From Lytechinus pictus (lineage: Eukaryota): a stretch of 64,000 nt of DNA. Numbering within the stretch: position 1 is the stretch's first letter; each line of letters opens with the position of its first letter. A program made the translations under genes and the position numbers. The stretch covers positions 49,105,358 to 49,169,357 of the forward strand of contig NC_087251.1 of the NCBI RefSeq assembly GCF_037042905.1. Direction: 5' to 3'. Positions 48,431 to 62,477 of this stretch are shown here, piece after piece. The notes beneath the pieces are model-generated. The model was not told where the DNA came from. It worked only from the letters and a program-made list of their open reading frames with translations, and ran no database searches.

Positions 48431-48850
48431 CATGAGAGTATTATAATAACAAACGGGGGGGGGGGGGGGAATTTCTCGGTTTCTATGATGGTTTTGCTTG
48501 CTTTCTTCATCCTTAGTTAAGAACTCTTTGTTCAGGAAACTTGTCTGTGTTTTTCTTGTGTTGCATACGCTGGACATATTTTCCAAGAATGATAATGAGT
48601 GTATGAGTTTATGGATATAAATGAATAGTTGTTTTAAAAGGTAACGACAGAAGTTGTCCCTTCAATAACTACATTTGGTGGTTGCCCCTCGAGTGTTCTG
48701 TGAAACGTCAAATAAATATTGAAAAAGTAGCAAAAAATAATTTGTTTTATTTGACTCGTTTGTTAAACCCTATCAGGTCATAGTCTGACGGGTGAGTATT
48801 TGATATCAAGCAAAATAAATAATCATTTTATATTTTACTCTTTCGTTTAG

Positions 48851-49293
48851 CTCTATCTGGTCGTAGTCTGAAGGTCAGCTCATCTCTGTCAGTTCCTTCA
48901 GGAAGCCGAGAGCAGTTCGGCAAGCTTCACTCACAGTACAAAGCCACCCTTGCCTCCTTTAACACCCATCGAAGAGAGCTCCAGTCCTGCAAGGCCGAGC
49001 TCCAGGAGATGCGCAAGATCTCCGATGAGCAGAACAAGAAGATGACGCAGCAGCAGCAGCTGACCACCGAACTGTCTAGTCGGCTGGCCTCTCAGAACCT
49101 GAGGGTGACTGAGCAGGAGAAACGCATAGCAGAACAGGACAAGAGACTCGCTGCCTTGGAGCAGAAACTTGAGGCCTTGTCAAAGCCATCCCAGAGAACT
49201 GTTGCAGGTGTTGCAACCAAGAGGAAAGCTGATGACATCTCTGGAGGAGGTGATGGTGCTGGAACACCATGTAGCAAAAAGGATAAAGTCTAG
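48851..49293 (+). CDS. FBXO28: F-box only protein 28, exon 4 (coiled coil, basic C-terminus, stop)
   Basis: Phase-1 acceptor gtttag|, in frame with ORF 49009-49293. Spliced CDS is 1029 nt = 342 aa. Confidence 0.93.
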
Positions 49294-50110
49294 CTGAAGA
49301 TAAACCTCCTTAGCTCTCTTTCTATGTACCTGAGGGTATTAAAAGACTATTAACAGAAAACTGCTATTTATCGATTCACTGGTGAATGACAGTAAGTTAT
49401 TTGTTTGTTACAAAATATCAAACAGAGGAGCCAAACTGTTCTGAGAGATTAGTGATCAAATTGGTTTCCGTATTATTATCTGTGTATCCCCTTGTGCATG
49501 CGTAAGCTTTGATTTTGTATTCTCAAATTTTTCTGTGTGTAGATGAATAGAAGAGCTTTCAGCAGATATTTCAGGGCAATATATAAATGGAGAAAGTTGT
49601 TATTTCTTTGAAATTTTGTTGCTTAGGCAGGGTTTTTTAAGGGAAAGGGGAATTATGGTAACATCAGCAAAATAAGTCGGTCATTTTTGGCTGTGTTAGA
49701 GCAAGAAAAGAAGAACAAGGCAAGAAAATAGTCCACTGGGAACACTCTGTTGAGTTGAAAGTTTATCACAACAGTTTTGTTTTATAGCCAGATCTAAACT
49801 TATTTATTTTTACAGTAGATCTATCTCTGTCCAGCTGTCACTTCAATTTAAGGTAGCAATTGCAGCACAAAAAAGGAGGTGCCCTGAATTGCGAAAAGCA
49901 ATAACAAAACATGTTTTTCAATAATCTTGTAATTCAATTAAGTATCACCATTACATACAAAGACATTTGAAGTCACCGTCTGTATCTGTATAAAAAAATC
50001 ATGTTGGTGGTATTGAAGAAATGAATCATGGATCTATTTGTAATTTCACGAGGTGCTTGACTGCCCTATTACGCCTATCTAGTTCTCAATATGTTTGAAA
50101 GAATTGTCAC

Positions 50111-50564
50111 AATAGACCAGTTCGTAGTTACTCATAGACAATTTTGGTCAAATGACCTTTCATTTCTTTCATTATGATAGGCAGATTTCAAAGCAAGATG
50201 TTACGTAAGCTTGCCTTACATAGCAGGATGAAAAAATTGAATAGACCAGGTGACTAGAATAGCACACCAATGAACACTTTATGAAGGTATTTGTTGCATT
50301 CCTACTTTGAATGCATATCATAGCATGTTGCACGATGCACTTGGCAAACTGTAAAGTACCAGTCGTTCGTGGACGCATTGTTGTTTTTTGTGGATGTAAA
50401 TGAAAAACACAATTCAAAAGAATATATGAATAATCAAGACATCAAAGTTGGTGCTTATCTCATTAGATTTTAAACCACCATGTCACTTTAGTACAAATGA
50501 CCTTCCTCTGATCATGTGTAGAATCTTTTGATCATGCGCAGAAAGGAACTACGAACTGGCTTAT
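50111..50564. mobile_element. MITE downstream of or within the FBXO28 3' UTR
   Basis: TIR AATAGACCAGTTCGTAGTT / AATAAGCCAGTTCGTAGTT. Confidence 0.65.
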
Positions 50565-52740
50565 TGTCATGAACTCTGCATACATGCACTTCTAGTCATT
50601 TGTAAATTAGCACTATCCCCAAGTTATATTTCTACTTCTGTCACTGTCTACTCTTTCCAGTTATATAGAAAAATGTATATGCCTTACCAAGCATTTTTCT
50701 ACAAGCCCCTCCCACCCCCCCCCCCAAAAAAAAAGGAACAATGATGGAGCCAGTTTTACAACTGCGATGAGATGGTAAATGCAACACTTTGATAAATTTG
50801 ATTGTAAAGGCCCTTGGAAATATGTTTTGATAGCAGGTTTTGAAGTCACAAATTGGAAGGATACGACGCTCAATAGGGCATACATGCATTACAATTTTAC
50901 AAGGAAAAAAAAAAGTTTTAATTTTCAGAGTGAAATACGTATTTTGAATGCTCCGTACAGGTTGCCATTTTCACTGCTGTCCTTGAGACTTCACTTCTTA
51001 TCTACTACCTCTTTGGATATGAACATGGAGAGAAATGATAAGTGGTCCTTGATAGATTTGTCCTAGATTTCATGCTTTAAATAGTTGAACTTTTATCAAT
51101 TTTGTAATCATGAGTTATTCAAGTGATCAGGCAGTAAGGCTTTGGAACATCAGCAACTGCTTTCCACTGTTGGAAAAGACTTTTAATTTTCATTTTACGA
51201 TTACTCACACATTTTTTTCACGCTTTCCTTTATATGTTTTTTTCTTTCCTCTTATTCTCCTTTGTTTATCCCTGTCTCCTTGCCAATTTTCTTGGCAGTT
51301 ACTGAATCATAAAGTTGAGAATCCATTTAGGTTTTATATTATCTTGCCCATTCATAATATTGCTCCCTCTCTCTTTCAGTCCCTTTGGCTTTGTTATCAG
51401 ACATTACTCATGAGGGAGAGAGAAACGATTTGTAAACCTTCTTTGTTCATTACATATTTTATTCAAATTGGCAATGGTTACAAATTTCTTTTTATTGTTT
51501 TTATCAGAATAAAAAAGACGTTGATGATGCTTGTTTTTGGGAGTTAATAGATTTCCTAATTTGTATAAAGTGCTTTTAATGTTCCCATCATATTAACAAT
51601 TCAAAGATTTTTATATTTTATTTTTCTTTCAATATTTTTGAGGAGTGAATGGAAGATACTGATGCGACAAAATTTGATAATGTATGGGAGTAATTTATTA
51701 TGTTTATTTTGATGTATTTTGTATGATTTTTAGGGGTCAGCATCAAAGTTATTGCATAAAATTAAAAATACAAAATATGGTCACATAATAGTTTGTACTG
51801 AACTGCTTTTCATTCAAATTATTGTATCTAAATCAATCATGAAGTAAAAATATTAGAATAATATAATCTGAATAGGACATTGAAGGGCCTTGATTTGTTA
51901 TGAACTTTTTAGACTTTTGTGCTCAAATAATTTCAGTGGCATGCCCAATAGTTTCAATGGCATGCCAAATGTGTAAATGCAGAATGTAATTCTGTCTGTC
52001 GTCCTTGATCTTCCCATTTTTGCTAAAAATGAAGTATGCATTCAAGATATTTATATGATTATATAAGCTAGGTCATATGACAGATTTTTTTGTTTATTGG
52101 TACACTCTCCCTGCCTTTGCACAATTTGTTATACAAAAGCATGACAAAATTCTGTGTATGTCTTGTGTACAAATTTTCTTTGGTCAAGGTGTGAAAAAGG
52201 GTTGGGTGGGGGGGGGGGGTGGCTGATCCCACACTTTTTCCAACATACAAAAATATAAAATTACCATTACCTGGGCGTTATGATATGTGCAGAGCTGCCA
52301 AGTAGTATGGATTTTCTGTATTTAGTACCAAAAAATGAGAAGAATACTGATGGTTTCATGCACAATACTAATTTCTAAAGTTTCAGTTTTATGTTGTATT
52401 ATGTGTTGTCCTAATGTACTGATTTTCAGCTTTGAAAATACTCAAATGTTCTTGTTCAGGTTGGTAGCTGTGCATGTGCCTGTAATCCAAGCTACGTGGG
52501 GAAGTTACAAATTAATGCAGAGGTTTGTGCCCTGGTCACGTTTTTGTACAGTGACATTAATGAACCCTGGTCACATTTTTTGGATGGTGACGTTAGCAAA
52601 TCAGTCCTAGATGTAAATATTCATATCTGATTGATATTCATCTGAAAAAACTCTGTTACACACACACACACAATTCTGATTTTGATTTTTTACATGGTCA
52701 CCCCATCCCCCAACCTTTCAAATTTAAAATCTGTTCCATG

Positions 52741-53300
52741 CTGGGGGGGGGGGGGGGCACTTCCATTGACGAGTGGATACCTTGCACAACCATGGGGTCT
52801 CGAAAAGCACCCTAAACACGTATTTTCCATTTTCTGAAAATGCACCCCTTAACAAGTATTGGCGTGTGAAACCCTACCCTTAACAAGTATTGGAAACAAA
52901 ATGATACTCTTAGCAAGATCCCTGCATTGACCCCCTAAACAAGAACAGCGATATTTTTATTGTTATGTCACGGACGTCAGTCGTCGATTTTACCTTCACC
53001 TACATCATTGGGTTTAGTACAGCCCCACCTTTCAATCTCGCACAAATCGTACTCTAAACACGTAGTGTTGACTCTTGGGGCAAAAGTACATCCTTTATAA
53101 AACATTTTAGTCTTAACTTTTTACACCCTCGCAAATTTGACCCTAAACACGTAGCTTTCATAGCAAAAATAGATACCCTTTTTTCCTTATTTTCTTATTT
53201 TAGTGTTTTTTCTTGAAAAAGACATCCTTTTACGTGTTTTTTTGGTCGCGCGCGAATGGTATCCACTCGTCAATGTAAGTGACCCCCCCCCCCCCCCCGG
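52741..53300. mobile_element. MITE with G-run termini and 8-bp TSD
   Basis: TSD GTTCCATG (52733-52740, 53301-53308). TIR C(T/C)G(n)-CACTT(C/A)CATTGACGAGTGGATACC. Confidence 0.8.
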
Positions 53301-53847
53301 GTTCCATGGTCCCTGATATGTAGAAGCTTAAAGTATCTATAACATTTTATATGTATACTGAATACACATAGATGAAAGATTGATGACTGCAAAAGAAAAC
53401 TTTCAACTCAATTAGCAACAACCTTCGGGATATATTGTATAGATTACCATAGCCAGCAGCAGTAGCCTCCATGTTAATGTACTAGTATAAAAATTTGATG
53501 TTTGTTGACTGTTATATGATTCATGCAAGAATTAGAGAATGGTTTTGTAATTAGTTTTGCTGAAGTGCCACATTTAGTGTTGGAAATCAGGGGAGCATTT
53601 CATGAAACAATTGGTCTGAATTTCAATAATTATTTGTTACAAGCTACTGAAATGCATGCATCTGATTGGTTCAAAGCAACTTTGTCAGTGAAAATCACTC
53701 TTTGTTCCATGAAACATACTGCACCACTATCCAACACACAAAGGAAGTGAAGAGTCATGGTTCAACCTGTCCAAAGAGCAGCTCTTGTCCTTTAAAGCAG
53801 GTCCTTAAAGACACCAGGCAGGGGTCGATTGTAACAGAGCCCCGTAA

Positions 53848-54330
53848 AGGGAAGTTCACCCTGACAACAAATTTTATTGTAAAAATATCAGAAAAAAATA
53901 CTAGAGAATATTGGTGAAGGTTTGAGGAAAATCTGTATGAGAGTAAATGTTATGATTTCAATTATTTGATTTGTGACGTCATATGTTAGCATCTTTCCTA
54001 CATATCGTATTGTTAAAAATCAATGAAATGTCATTTTATCAGAAATTTGAATATGGTTTTTATTGAACCTTCAGTATATCAACACATAAATGATTTTACA
54101 CCTGATTTTAATAAGGAAATTTTAGAAAGTCTTCATGAACCATTAAAAAAAAAATGAAATTTATACATTTTATATTACATGACTAATGGGTCAGCTGCAT
54201 GTTTTTGAAGCCACAAATCATAAATTTGAAATTCTAATAACTTTCTTAATCTTAATTGGATTTTCCTCAAACCTCCAATATTTTTTGTCTGCTATTTATA
54301 AACAAAAATTCTCCAGGGTGAATTTCCCCT
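53848..54330. mobile_element. Kolobok-type MITE
   Basis: Ends AGGGAAGTTCACCCTG / CAGGGTGAATTTCCCCT, with flanks GTAA / TTAA. Confidence 0.7.
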
Positions 54331-55729
54331 TTAAGCTTTGAATAGGAGGCCATTTATTTGGCCCCAATATTGCTATTATTACCATGTATACTGTACGCTA
54401 CTTCCAAAGACATGGGTGGTGTTTCACAAACTGTTCGTGAATGAACAACTACGCATAACAGGAGCGTGTTCTTGGGTGCCAAGTTAGCTACATAGGGATG
54501 TCATTAGCACAAGAAGTTCACCATTTGTCTGTAAAGTCATGTGTAATTTATGAACAACTTCATAAAATGGCTCCCTGGTGCTTCTCAAGTGGTTTACACG
54601 TCACTAATTGAAGAATACTTTCAATTAGAATTTGTTAGTGAATGATTACTGTCTACCAATTTAGAAGGGTGCAAGTGTTTGGGTATATTATAGTGATGGA
54701 GGAATATTCTTTCATTTTTTACAGATATATTTATAAGGTCACATTGACTAGGGAGCATTTCATGGAGCAAAGGGGTCAATGATTTTCACTGACAACTGTA
54801 ATAAGCTACTGAAATCCTTGTATCTGATTGGCTCATAACAAATAAGATGGTGAAAAGAACGATTTGCTTCATGAAAAACACCCCTTATTACTACAAATTT
54901 GCACTTAAGTCTGAAAGTAATTTTTGCAACATTTTGATGAAGATTTGACTTTATTATATGCTGACTCATTGCTCCTCCTTTCCACCGAAAACAGAAATAC
55001 CATGTACATTTTGTCGGTCATTTTTTCTTCTTAATTACAGATGATGTCCTGAACTTCATAATAAAAACTGTAGACAATTTGACGAATTCATATTGTTTGA
55101 AATCCATTCATTTTGCTGTGGTCTTCAGTCAATTCATGTTGGCAGTGTTTTTATTTTTAGGGGCCATCTTTAGGTTCTTTTTTATTTAGTGCAAGTGGTG
55201 AAATTGTAATTTTAAAATAGTTTGCAGCACATATAAGTTGAAAATTTATTATTAGATGTTTTTATAATAAAAATTTCTGTATGTACAGTATATGTATGTA
55301 ATTTCATGGCTGCAATTTCATGCAGTGCAGAATTTTAGAATTTTTAATTGGTTGTGAACCATTTTGTAAATTGTATGCTATCTCGCATTTCACAACTAGA
55401 ATCGTTCACATAATAGGCATATATGTACATGTATGTGCGGTTTGGCTATAATGAATGACAATTGATGCCCCAATGCCTGGATGATGGTGACCTTCAAGGA
55501 TATAGCTGGCCTCAAGGACACCTTTTGCCATGCTTGGCCTTGTCTACATTTCCGCAAACCTTGGATAGAATTGTATTTTTTTCAGCCTGCATTAAAATAA
55601 TATTCTACTTTTATATAGAGTTTATCACACAAGAATGACGTCTTGAAGCGCTTCACAGATCAGAGTGGATATCTCCTTATTTGTGATTACCTCACGCTCC
55701 CCCCTCACACACACGCACATAACATAAAC

Positions 55730-56035
55730 GGTAAATTGCCAACCCGTCCACTCACCACATGGTTTACCTTCATTTAGTCTTATGCCTATTCGTCCTTCAA
55801 AATTTCATCTAACATCCATTTTATTTTCATTCATTTTGCCCATTCACTTAGTCCAATCAGACCAAATGGTATATGGAATAAATGGCTATTGGACCAACTG
55901 GTTATTAGATGAAATAGTGAGTGAACGAAATGGCAATTAGACCATGTGGATAGTGGACGAACTGATGGTAGACCAAATGATAGTAGACAAGTTGGTGATT
56001 GGACAAATTGGCATTAGACCAATTGAAAATAAACC
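55730..56035. repeat. Short element built of inverted ~15-20-bp subrepeats (TAGACCAA/TTGGTCTA-like)
   Basis: The left half carries GTCCACTCACC/GTCTA-type units. The right half carries their complements (GTAGACCAA, GTGGACGAA). Confidence 0.5.
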
Positions 56036-57074
56036 ATATAAACACATACAGGGCAAGTGTGGAGAATGATTTGCACTCACTTCACCGACTTGATCACACA
56101 AGGGAATTGATTTAACATAACAATTACTACAATACACAAGCATATCCTTGGTTATAATGCATTTTCTATATTTAATCATATACATGTAACAAATTAACCA
56201 AAATGAAATAACATGAACATAATATACAAATTATGTTATAATGCACGCTACAATACTGTAGTTAAATTGAGCTAATATAATATGGCATTAACTGAAATTG
56301 AAACTTAAGTATATTTTATTTAAAGGGGCACTTTAGGCTAAAAAAATTATGATTTGAAGCAGATACAACACTGATATTTGTCAGAGTCAAATGAAAAATA
56401 AGTTATTGAATAATTTCAAGTTTTCATTTACATTTTGGTGGAAGGGTTGTATGCAGGTCATGAAATTCAAAATAAGCGAGCTGTCATGTCCCCACTTGCA
56501 TTTCTTTTATCAAATGAAATCGTAAATGACGTACATCATTTTCATTTTTTTTTTTTCAGAAAAGTTACAGCAATGATGATCTTTAAATCCACAAAAAGTT
56601 GGTCATACTTTTTCATTTTCGGAGCAGAAACGGGGGGGGGGGGGGGGGGGGTGTCCATATTAATTTCATACATGTATGCGATTTTGATGCAATGAACAGA
56701 ATTCCAGATAAAAGACATACAACCTTCCTTTCTTCAATGTGTATCTGAGTTTTCTTTTCCCAGTACACAACCTACACATTAATTGCTGTCCATCTTTTTA
56801 GAAAAAAAAAATTAGTTATAAACATGACTAATTCATGAAAAAGAAAAGAGTTTAATAAGTGTGACTTTGAATCAGAATGAAATTCCCAGTTGTGCATGAT
56901 GTACAGTTCATCACCGCATTGGTACAATCGTACTAAAGAGGACATGTACTACTGCGTGCTAGTAAAGATTGCACGTTACATACCATGTTTCTGTTATGGT
57001 AACTCCCACATGAACTCGGCAGGACAGCTTGTTGCTGGTATATATTAACCAATTACATAGGAAACATTTTATAT

Positions 57075-57222
57075 CTAAGTTAATCAGGCATAGTGGCTGA
57101 CCTTATAGATGACAAAAATTACTCTTGGGTATTTTTATGAAAGTGGGGACAGTGGCAGAGCAGGATTTGAACTCACAACCCTATGATTAAGAGTCCAACG
57201 CTCTAAGCACTAGACCGCATGT
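57075..57222 (-). mobile_element. Degenerate tRNA-derived SINE head (Lys-CTT-like)
   Basis: Minus strand GCGGTCTAGTGCTTAGAGCGTTGGACTCTTAATCATAGGGTTGTGAGTTCAAATCC shows A and B boxes, but the acceptor and T stems are broken. Confidence 0.6.
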
Positions 57223-59382
57223 GCATGCAGCATTTAAGCCTGAATCTTATTAAAGTCACACTTAATTATTGTGAAACACCAAGTTTAAAATTACATGGGA
57301 TGCTAAAGTAGTGGAATATGAGAAAGCACTATTTATGTAGACGTATGACTTATGTGATTCTCAACTTAAATGTATATAGAAAGAGCATTATTATATGAAT
57401 ATTAAGGAACCGTACAACTTGAAAGGATCCACATAGTAAATGCGATAACATCATATATTAGTAATAAGCTATGTATGTTGGGACAACTGACAAGTGACAA
57501 TTAAAAATGAGTGACATAGTAACCAACAATTATTTCCTTTCATGTTAATTTACAAATGAGATCATCAAAAGCATGAAGAAAATTTTCAGTTCATCTTGGT
57601 GTTTAAAATTTTCACAATAATAATAGGTAGCAACATCTTGAGCTAAATTGATACTAATATCAGTGCAGTGTCAAATATATCTTGGATAAATAGCAAAACT
57701 GGGTTTTTTTTATAATCATAAATGTATATCTGATGCTTTAAACCAATAATATGAGGTTTTACAATATTCAAAAAAATATAATCATTTCTAGTCCACAGAA
57801 CTGAAACAAAAAAGAATGAAACAAAAAAAAAGTACTTCTTAATGAAATGTTGCAAAGTCATATTGAACAGATATATGAAATAGCCTCTGCTCATGTTTAT
57901 CATTGTCTAGTTTCTACACTTGTTTTTTCAGACATCAACCAACAGATTTTTTGGTGAAATAAACTTGGTTAAATAAAATCTCATGGTAAAAATACCTCTG
58001 ATGGCTGTGCTATGACCTACACTACATATTAGAATTTAACCATTTCTTTTCCAAGTAAGCAGATACAAAAATTACCTCTGCTTACAATTATCACTTTTTA
58101 CAATATTTCTACAGATTTTTTTAAATAATTAAATCCATTTTTGTAGGAGCCACATATTTTTTTTTTACAAATTCAATAGATAAAACAAACAAATGAATTC
58201 AGTAGAATAAATTTTTATTCAATCTAAATTATGCAAAAAAAAAAACAAATATGCCTTGATAGCAGAGCTATGTTACTTATTAGAACTTAATCATTTCTTT
58301 TCTGAAACATGAGGAAAACACTTCTGTCATGGAAATGAAAAGTTAAAAGCATTCTTCTTTTATTTTGGATAATTTGCTTTAAGAAACTAGTTCACGTTTG
58401 TAAACTATTCTTCAACAAAATCATTGCACTAAACTGCAATGTGCATTTCCCTGTACACCTTCATCCATACAACATACAGGTATTGATTGCTCTTTCATAG
58501 CAAGATCCCAAAATATGTTTGTTATTCATGTTTTTATTCTTTTAGAGCTGGAAGTCGGCACTAAATACTGCAGTAGAGATATGCAATATGATGAATATAA
58601 AAGTAATAAGCCAAAGTAATGACAAGCAACTAGCTTAAATACATAAGCATGTATGTATTTATGAAGAGCTGACTCATGATTCACTGTATTATCTTTTTAA
58701 TACAACAAATATATACATGTATGTAATGAATGATTTATTTTCTTTCCATGATCCAAAATTAAAATAAATCTGTATAACTACAAAATATATACTCAGATAT
58801 CTTTCATTTCTACATAGCTTCAGTATTTTTAATTAACATTTCATCAACTACTTAAAAACTGCATTCGTCTTGTCAACTATTGAAAATAAACATTATAATC
58901 ACAAGTCTTCCAGCATTTAACAAAAATCTACATTATTTTCAAGTAACAGACTAAACTATTCTAATGAAATCATAAGAAATTTTAGCAAATTAAAAGGATG
59001 CATTTATTAAAATATTGAATAACTTATTGAAATATACCTCACTTTTTATCCACTGGTACTTTTCATGAAAAATTCACCTACGTTACCTCAATATAAAAAC
59101 AATGTTACTTAAAATTATACATTACAGAATGATAAAAGAACTTCTGAGAAACGATTAAGGATTTCTTTTCCAAAATCCCATTTTTCCATCAGTAATGACA
59201 AAATCAAGAAGCTAACATTTAAACAAATTACTTCATGTACACATATTTAACTAAAAGAAATTTCCAATGATGCATACAAAATGTTCAGTCTATGAAAATA
59301 AATCCAGTTTCTTTGCCAATTCTTTGTTCAGCTAAACATTCAATTTAGCTATACGACTGACTCACAACCATCAAATCATCTG

Positions 59383-59492
59383 TTAGGTAATGGGACTAAC
59401 CCGAAGCTTGCTTTTCTTGCGCTTGGCCAGAGCTGCCTGTCTCTTCTGCTCTATCTCCTGTTGACTGCAGCACCTTTGGACTGTTGTGCCAC
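59383..59492 (-). CDS. ETAA1: ETAA1-like protein, last exon (RPA32C-binding motif; absent from ORF track)
   Basis: ccctag|GT GGC... encodes GGTTVQRCCSQQEIEQKRQAALAKRKKSKLRVSPIT*. This matches the C-terminal CS.EEI..KRQ.AL.RR motif of ETAA1. Phase 1 fits the upstream exon. Confidence 0.85.
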
Positions 59493-60813
59493 CTAGGGAG
59501 TAAGAAATGTATAATAGGTAAGATTTTAGCAGCACTTGGAAACATCAAAGAGAGCAACCAAAGCAACAGTCACACTGTCAATGAAATGAATCGATGGATG
59601 GTATGTCATTTGAGATAATGTAATCTCTTTGGTCAGTCTGGAGTCCGTTTAGCCAGTGTGACTGGGAAGATGAAGTACAAGGAGAATCAGACTATTGGCT
59701 TCAAAGGAAAAGTTTATGATTTCAGGTAGGCAAAAAAAAAAATATTCTAGGGGGCTATTTTACATGACCTACTGCCTAAATCAGTAACATTAAATAAGCT
59801 TTTACATTGCAATGAATGGGATTTTCTGGGGCACTTTCTTACTTTCAAGAGCTCTTGGGCATTTTGGGGCAAAATCACTTTGAGCACCCATTGTAAATTT
59901 TCTCTGATGTCAGGCTGATTTTAATACAAAGAAGTAAAATAATATAAAAAACATCAAAGAATCATTATGATTTTTTTTTTATTCTATTTTTTATGTTATA
60001 TCAAATGAGAGTTGCACCCTTTAATTTCTTGTAATATGAATTCCAACAAATGTCATGTTAAATATAAATACATTTTAAGAATTCAACTTGTGCAATGTAT
60101 AGGAATGCGTATTATTTCATACTTTCTTCTAATCAATTCTTCAAGATACTACCTAGATTTACAGTATATGATCTAAACCTCTGTCACAGGTCAACTTCAC
60201 CACAAAGGCAAGATGATTTTGATAAATAGAGAAAATTCAAACGACTATATCATCTCAACAAACCAGACACAAAAGAGTAATAAAATTATATTTGTTTAAC
60301 ACATCAGTTATAAACACATATCAAGGGCAGTATGCAAACGAGAGAGCTGATAATGACACACAGTCCCTTTGTCTTTTGTACATGTATTTCACAAGATGTA
60401 GAAGATAACTTGACTGTTTCATGAATGTAAAAATCAACATTTTGGATGATTCTTTAAACTTATGATTCAATATATAGTACTCCTTTATACTTAATCTACA
60501 AAAAGTAAACATTTTCCTATTTCATAATAAAAACGATGGAAAAAAGTGAGTGTGTGAAGTTATCAATTAATTCCACACCCTAATTTGCCTAACACCTGTA
60601 TTTGGAATTAATCTTTTGTGATTTCAGCAAAAGTCTTTTCTCATAACTGTCTTACTTTACATGTACATCGGATGACGATAATTTTCAGTGTTTCACTCAT
60701 TTCGTTGTCAGTATTTGGCTTGTTTGAAATTTCATTATTTAATCAAATCAACTTGTTAATTAGTGGATTTGGCATTCCCTAATGGTGATTGAATCATTAA
60801 CTGTGTTGCTTAC

Positions 60814-62477
60814 CTTCCTTCACAGGTGGTGGGACTGGTTGAGAAAGACTCCTTCCGCCCTGTACAGCAGGTTCCACACTGACATTCTTCATTTCCATTA
60901 TTGCAGTCTGGTGATTAGTGGACTGTCTAGTTACAGGACTTTGAGCGGTTGATCTGGTCAACCTTGAGTGTGTTGTTCCTACAGCTTGATTTGTGGATGT
61001 TTGTGGTAAATTCTTCGGTGTAGGACCTTTGGCATAGCACTTGTTAGTTGTGTAAGAATTCGTGCCTTTTGATTTTGAGGATGCTCCTGAAGAATACTGA
61101 GCTCTAGTGCTCATTGAATGCATCTGTGGCTTGCTCATTGTGGGTTTACATGAAGCAGCTACACTGTTTCCACTAGAATTTCCTAGAAATTGCTTTTGAG
61201 TACTGTTGTTGGACCCGACAGGAACGGTTGATGGGGCTTTCTTGGAGTATTCTTCAAAGTCAGAATCGTTATCTAGAAGAGCTAGAAGCATGTCATCAGG
61301 CAGGCTGTTGTCACCAGCAAACAAATCATCCAGACTGTCATTGAAAGTTTGACCTTTGACCGGAGCTGCACTTAGGGCATCACTCATTGGAGGAACTCTT
61401 GCAGGAGCTTGTGGCAACTTATTGCAAGTGGTGTAGCGATTACCAGCCTGTGCCACAGCAGTTACTGTTTGCCCAACAGCATGCTGAGGAGCGGTCCTTG
61501 AGACTGGGGGAGGAAAAGATGCTTTGGCAGGGACCTTCTGTATTGATCCAGTTGATATATTCACATTGGCATTAGTGTGTACATTGTTCTTTGTACCCAA
61601 TGGCTTCACATTGCTGAAAGACTTTGCACTATGATGAGTTGATGTATTTGGTTTAGTTAGAGTAGGTACTGCCTTCGAGTAAGAGGTTGATGTATGAGAT
61701 CTGGAAGTATGCATCTGGCCTTTCCTGTAAGGCATGGTTGTTGGTTTCTGAGATGGCTTCTGTGATTCCCTTGGTGGGTATGTATTGTTTGTAGAGACAA
61801 GGACCTGTGCTTTTGATAGAGTTGTCAGTGAAGGTTTTGACACACCTGTTGCACCTCTGGTCACAGAACTTCCATTATTCAGTTTCTCAGTTGTCTGTAC
61901 ATGACCAGTGGTTTTGCTTTGAAAGTTCCCATTATTAAGGACACTTTGATTAACATTTTGGCACATCTTGCTTTGGACATTAACTGTTAATCCATTCTGA
62001 GAAGGGGATATCATATCAGCATCCAAGAATGGGGATTTGATGTTACCATTCTTCTGCTGCATCCGCTGAGTCAATGCTTCCTTTTCCACTTGAGTGGCTA
62101 TTCTGATGATGGAATCCTCATCACCCCAGTCATCACTGTCCCAGAAGTCACTGGAGAAAGAGCGATTTGAACTCTTCCTTCTCTCCTTCATCGCTTGTCT
62201 TGTCTCCATGTTACTGCCGTCCACGTTGTCGGTTAAATCATCATCAGCAAAGAGATCTTCTAGGTTGTCACACTCCATGGCTTCAGCATCCCCACCACCA
62301 TCAGGATCAGTTGCACCTTCCGTTGTCACAGCTTCACTATCTTCTGCAGGATGTTCAGAGTGTTCCCCAACAGCCACAAGATTGCCTGTCCATTCTGTCA
62401 ACATACGCAGATCATCCAAGACACCTTTGTCTAGGCCTATCCTGGAAAGCTTCCTTCCGGTAGTTCTTCTTGCCAGT
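60814..62477 (-). CDS. ETAA1: ETAA1-like protein, large disordered penultimate exon
   Basis: 1664-nt open exon (ttacag| ... |gtaagc), S/T/N/Q-rich. Contains acidic-hydrophobic motifs LEDLFADD, DDWGDEDSIIRIATQVE and LDDLFAGDNSLPDDMLLALLD. A large penultimate plus short final exon is the ETAA1 layout. Confidence 0.8.
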
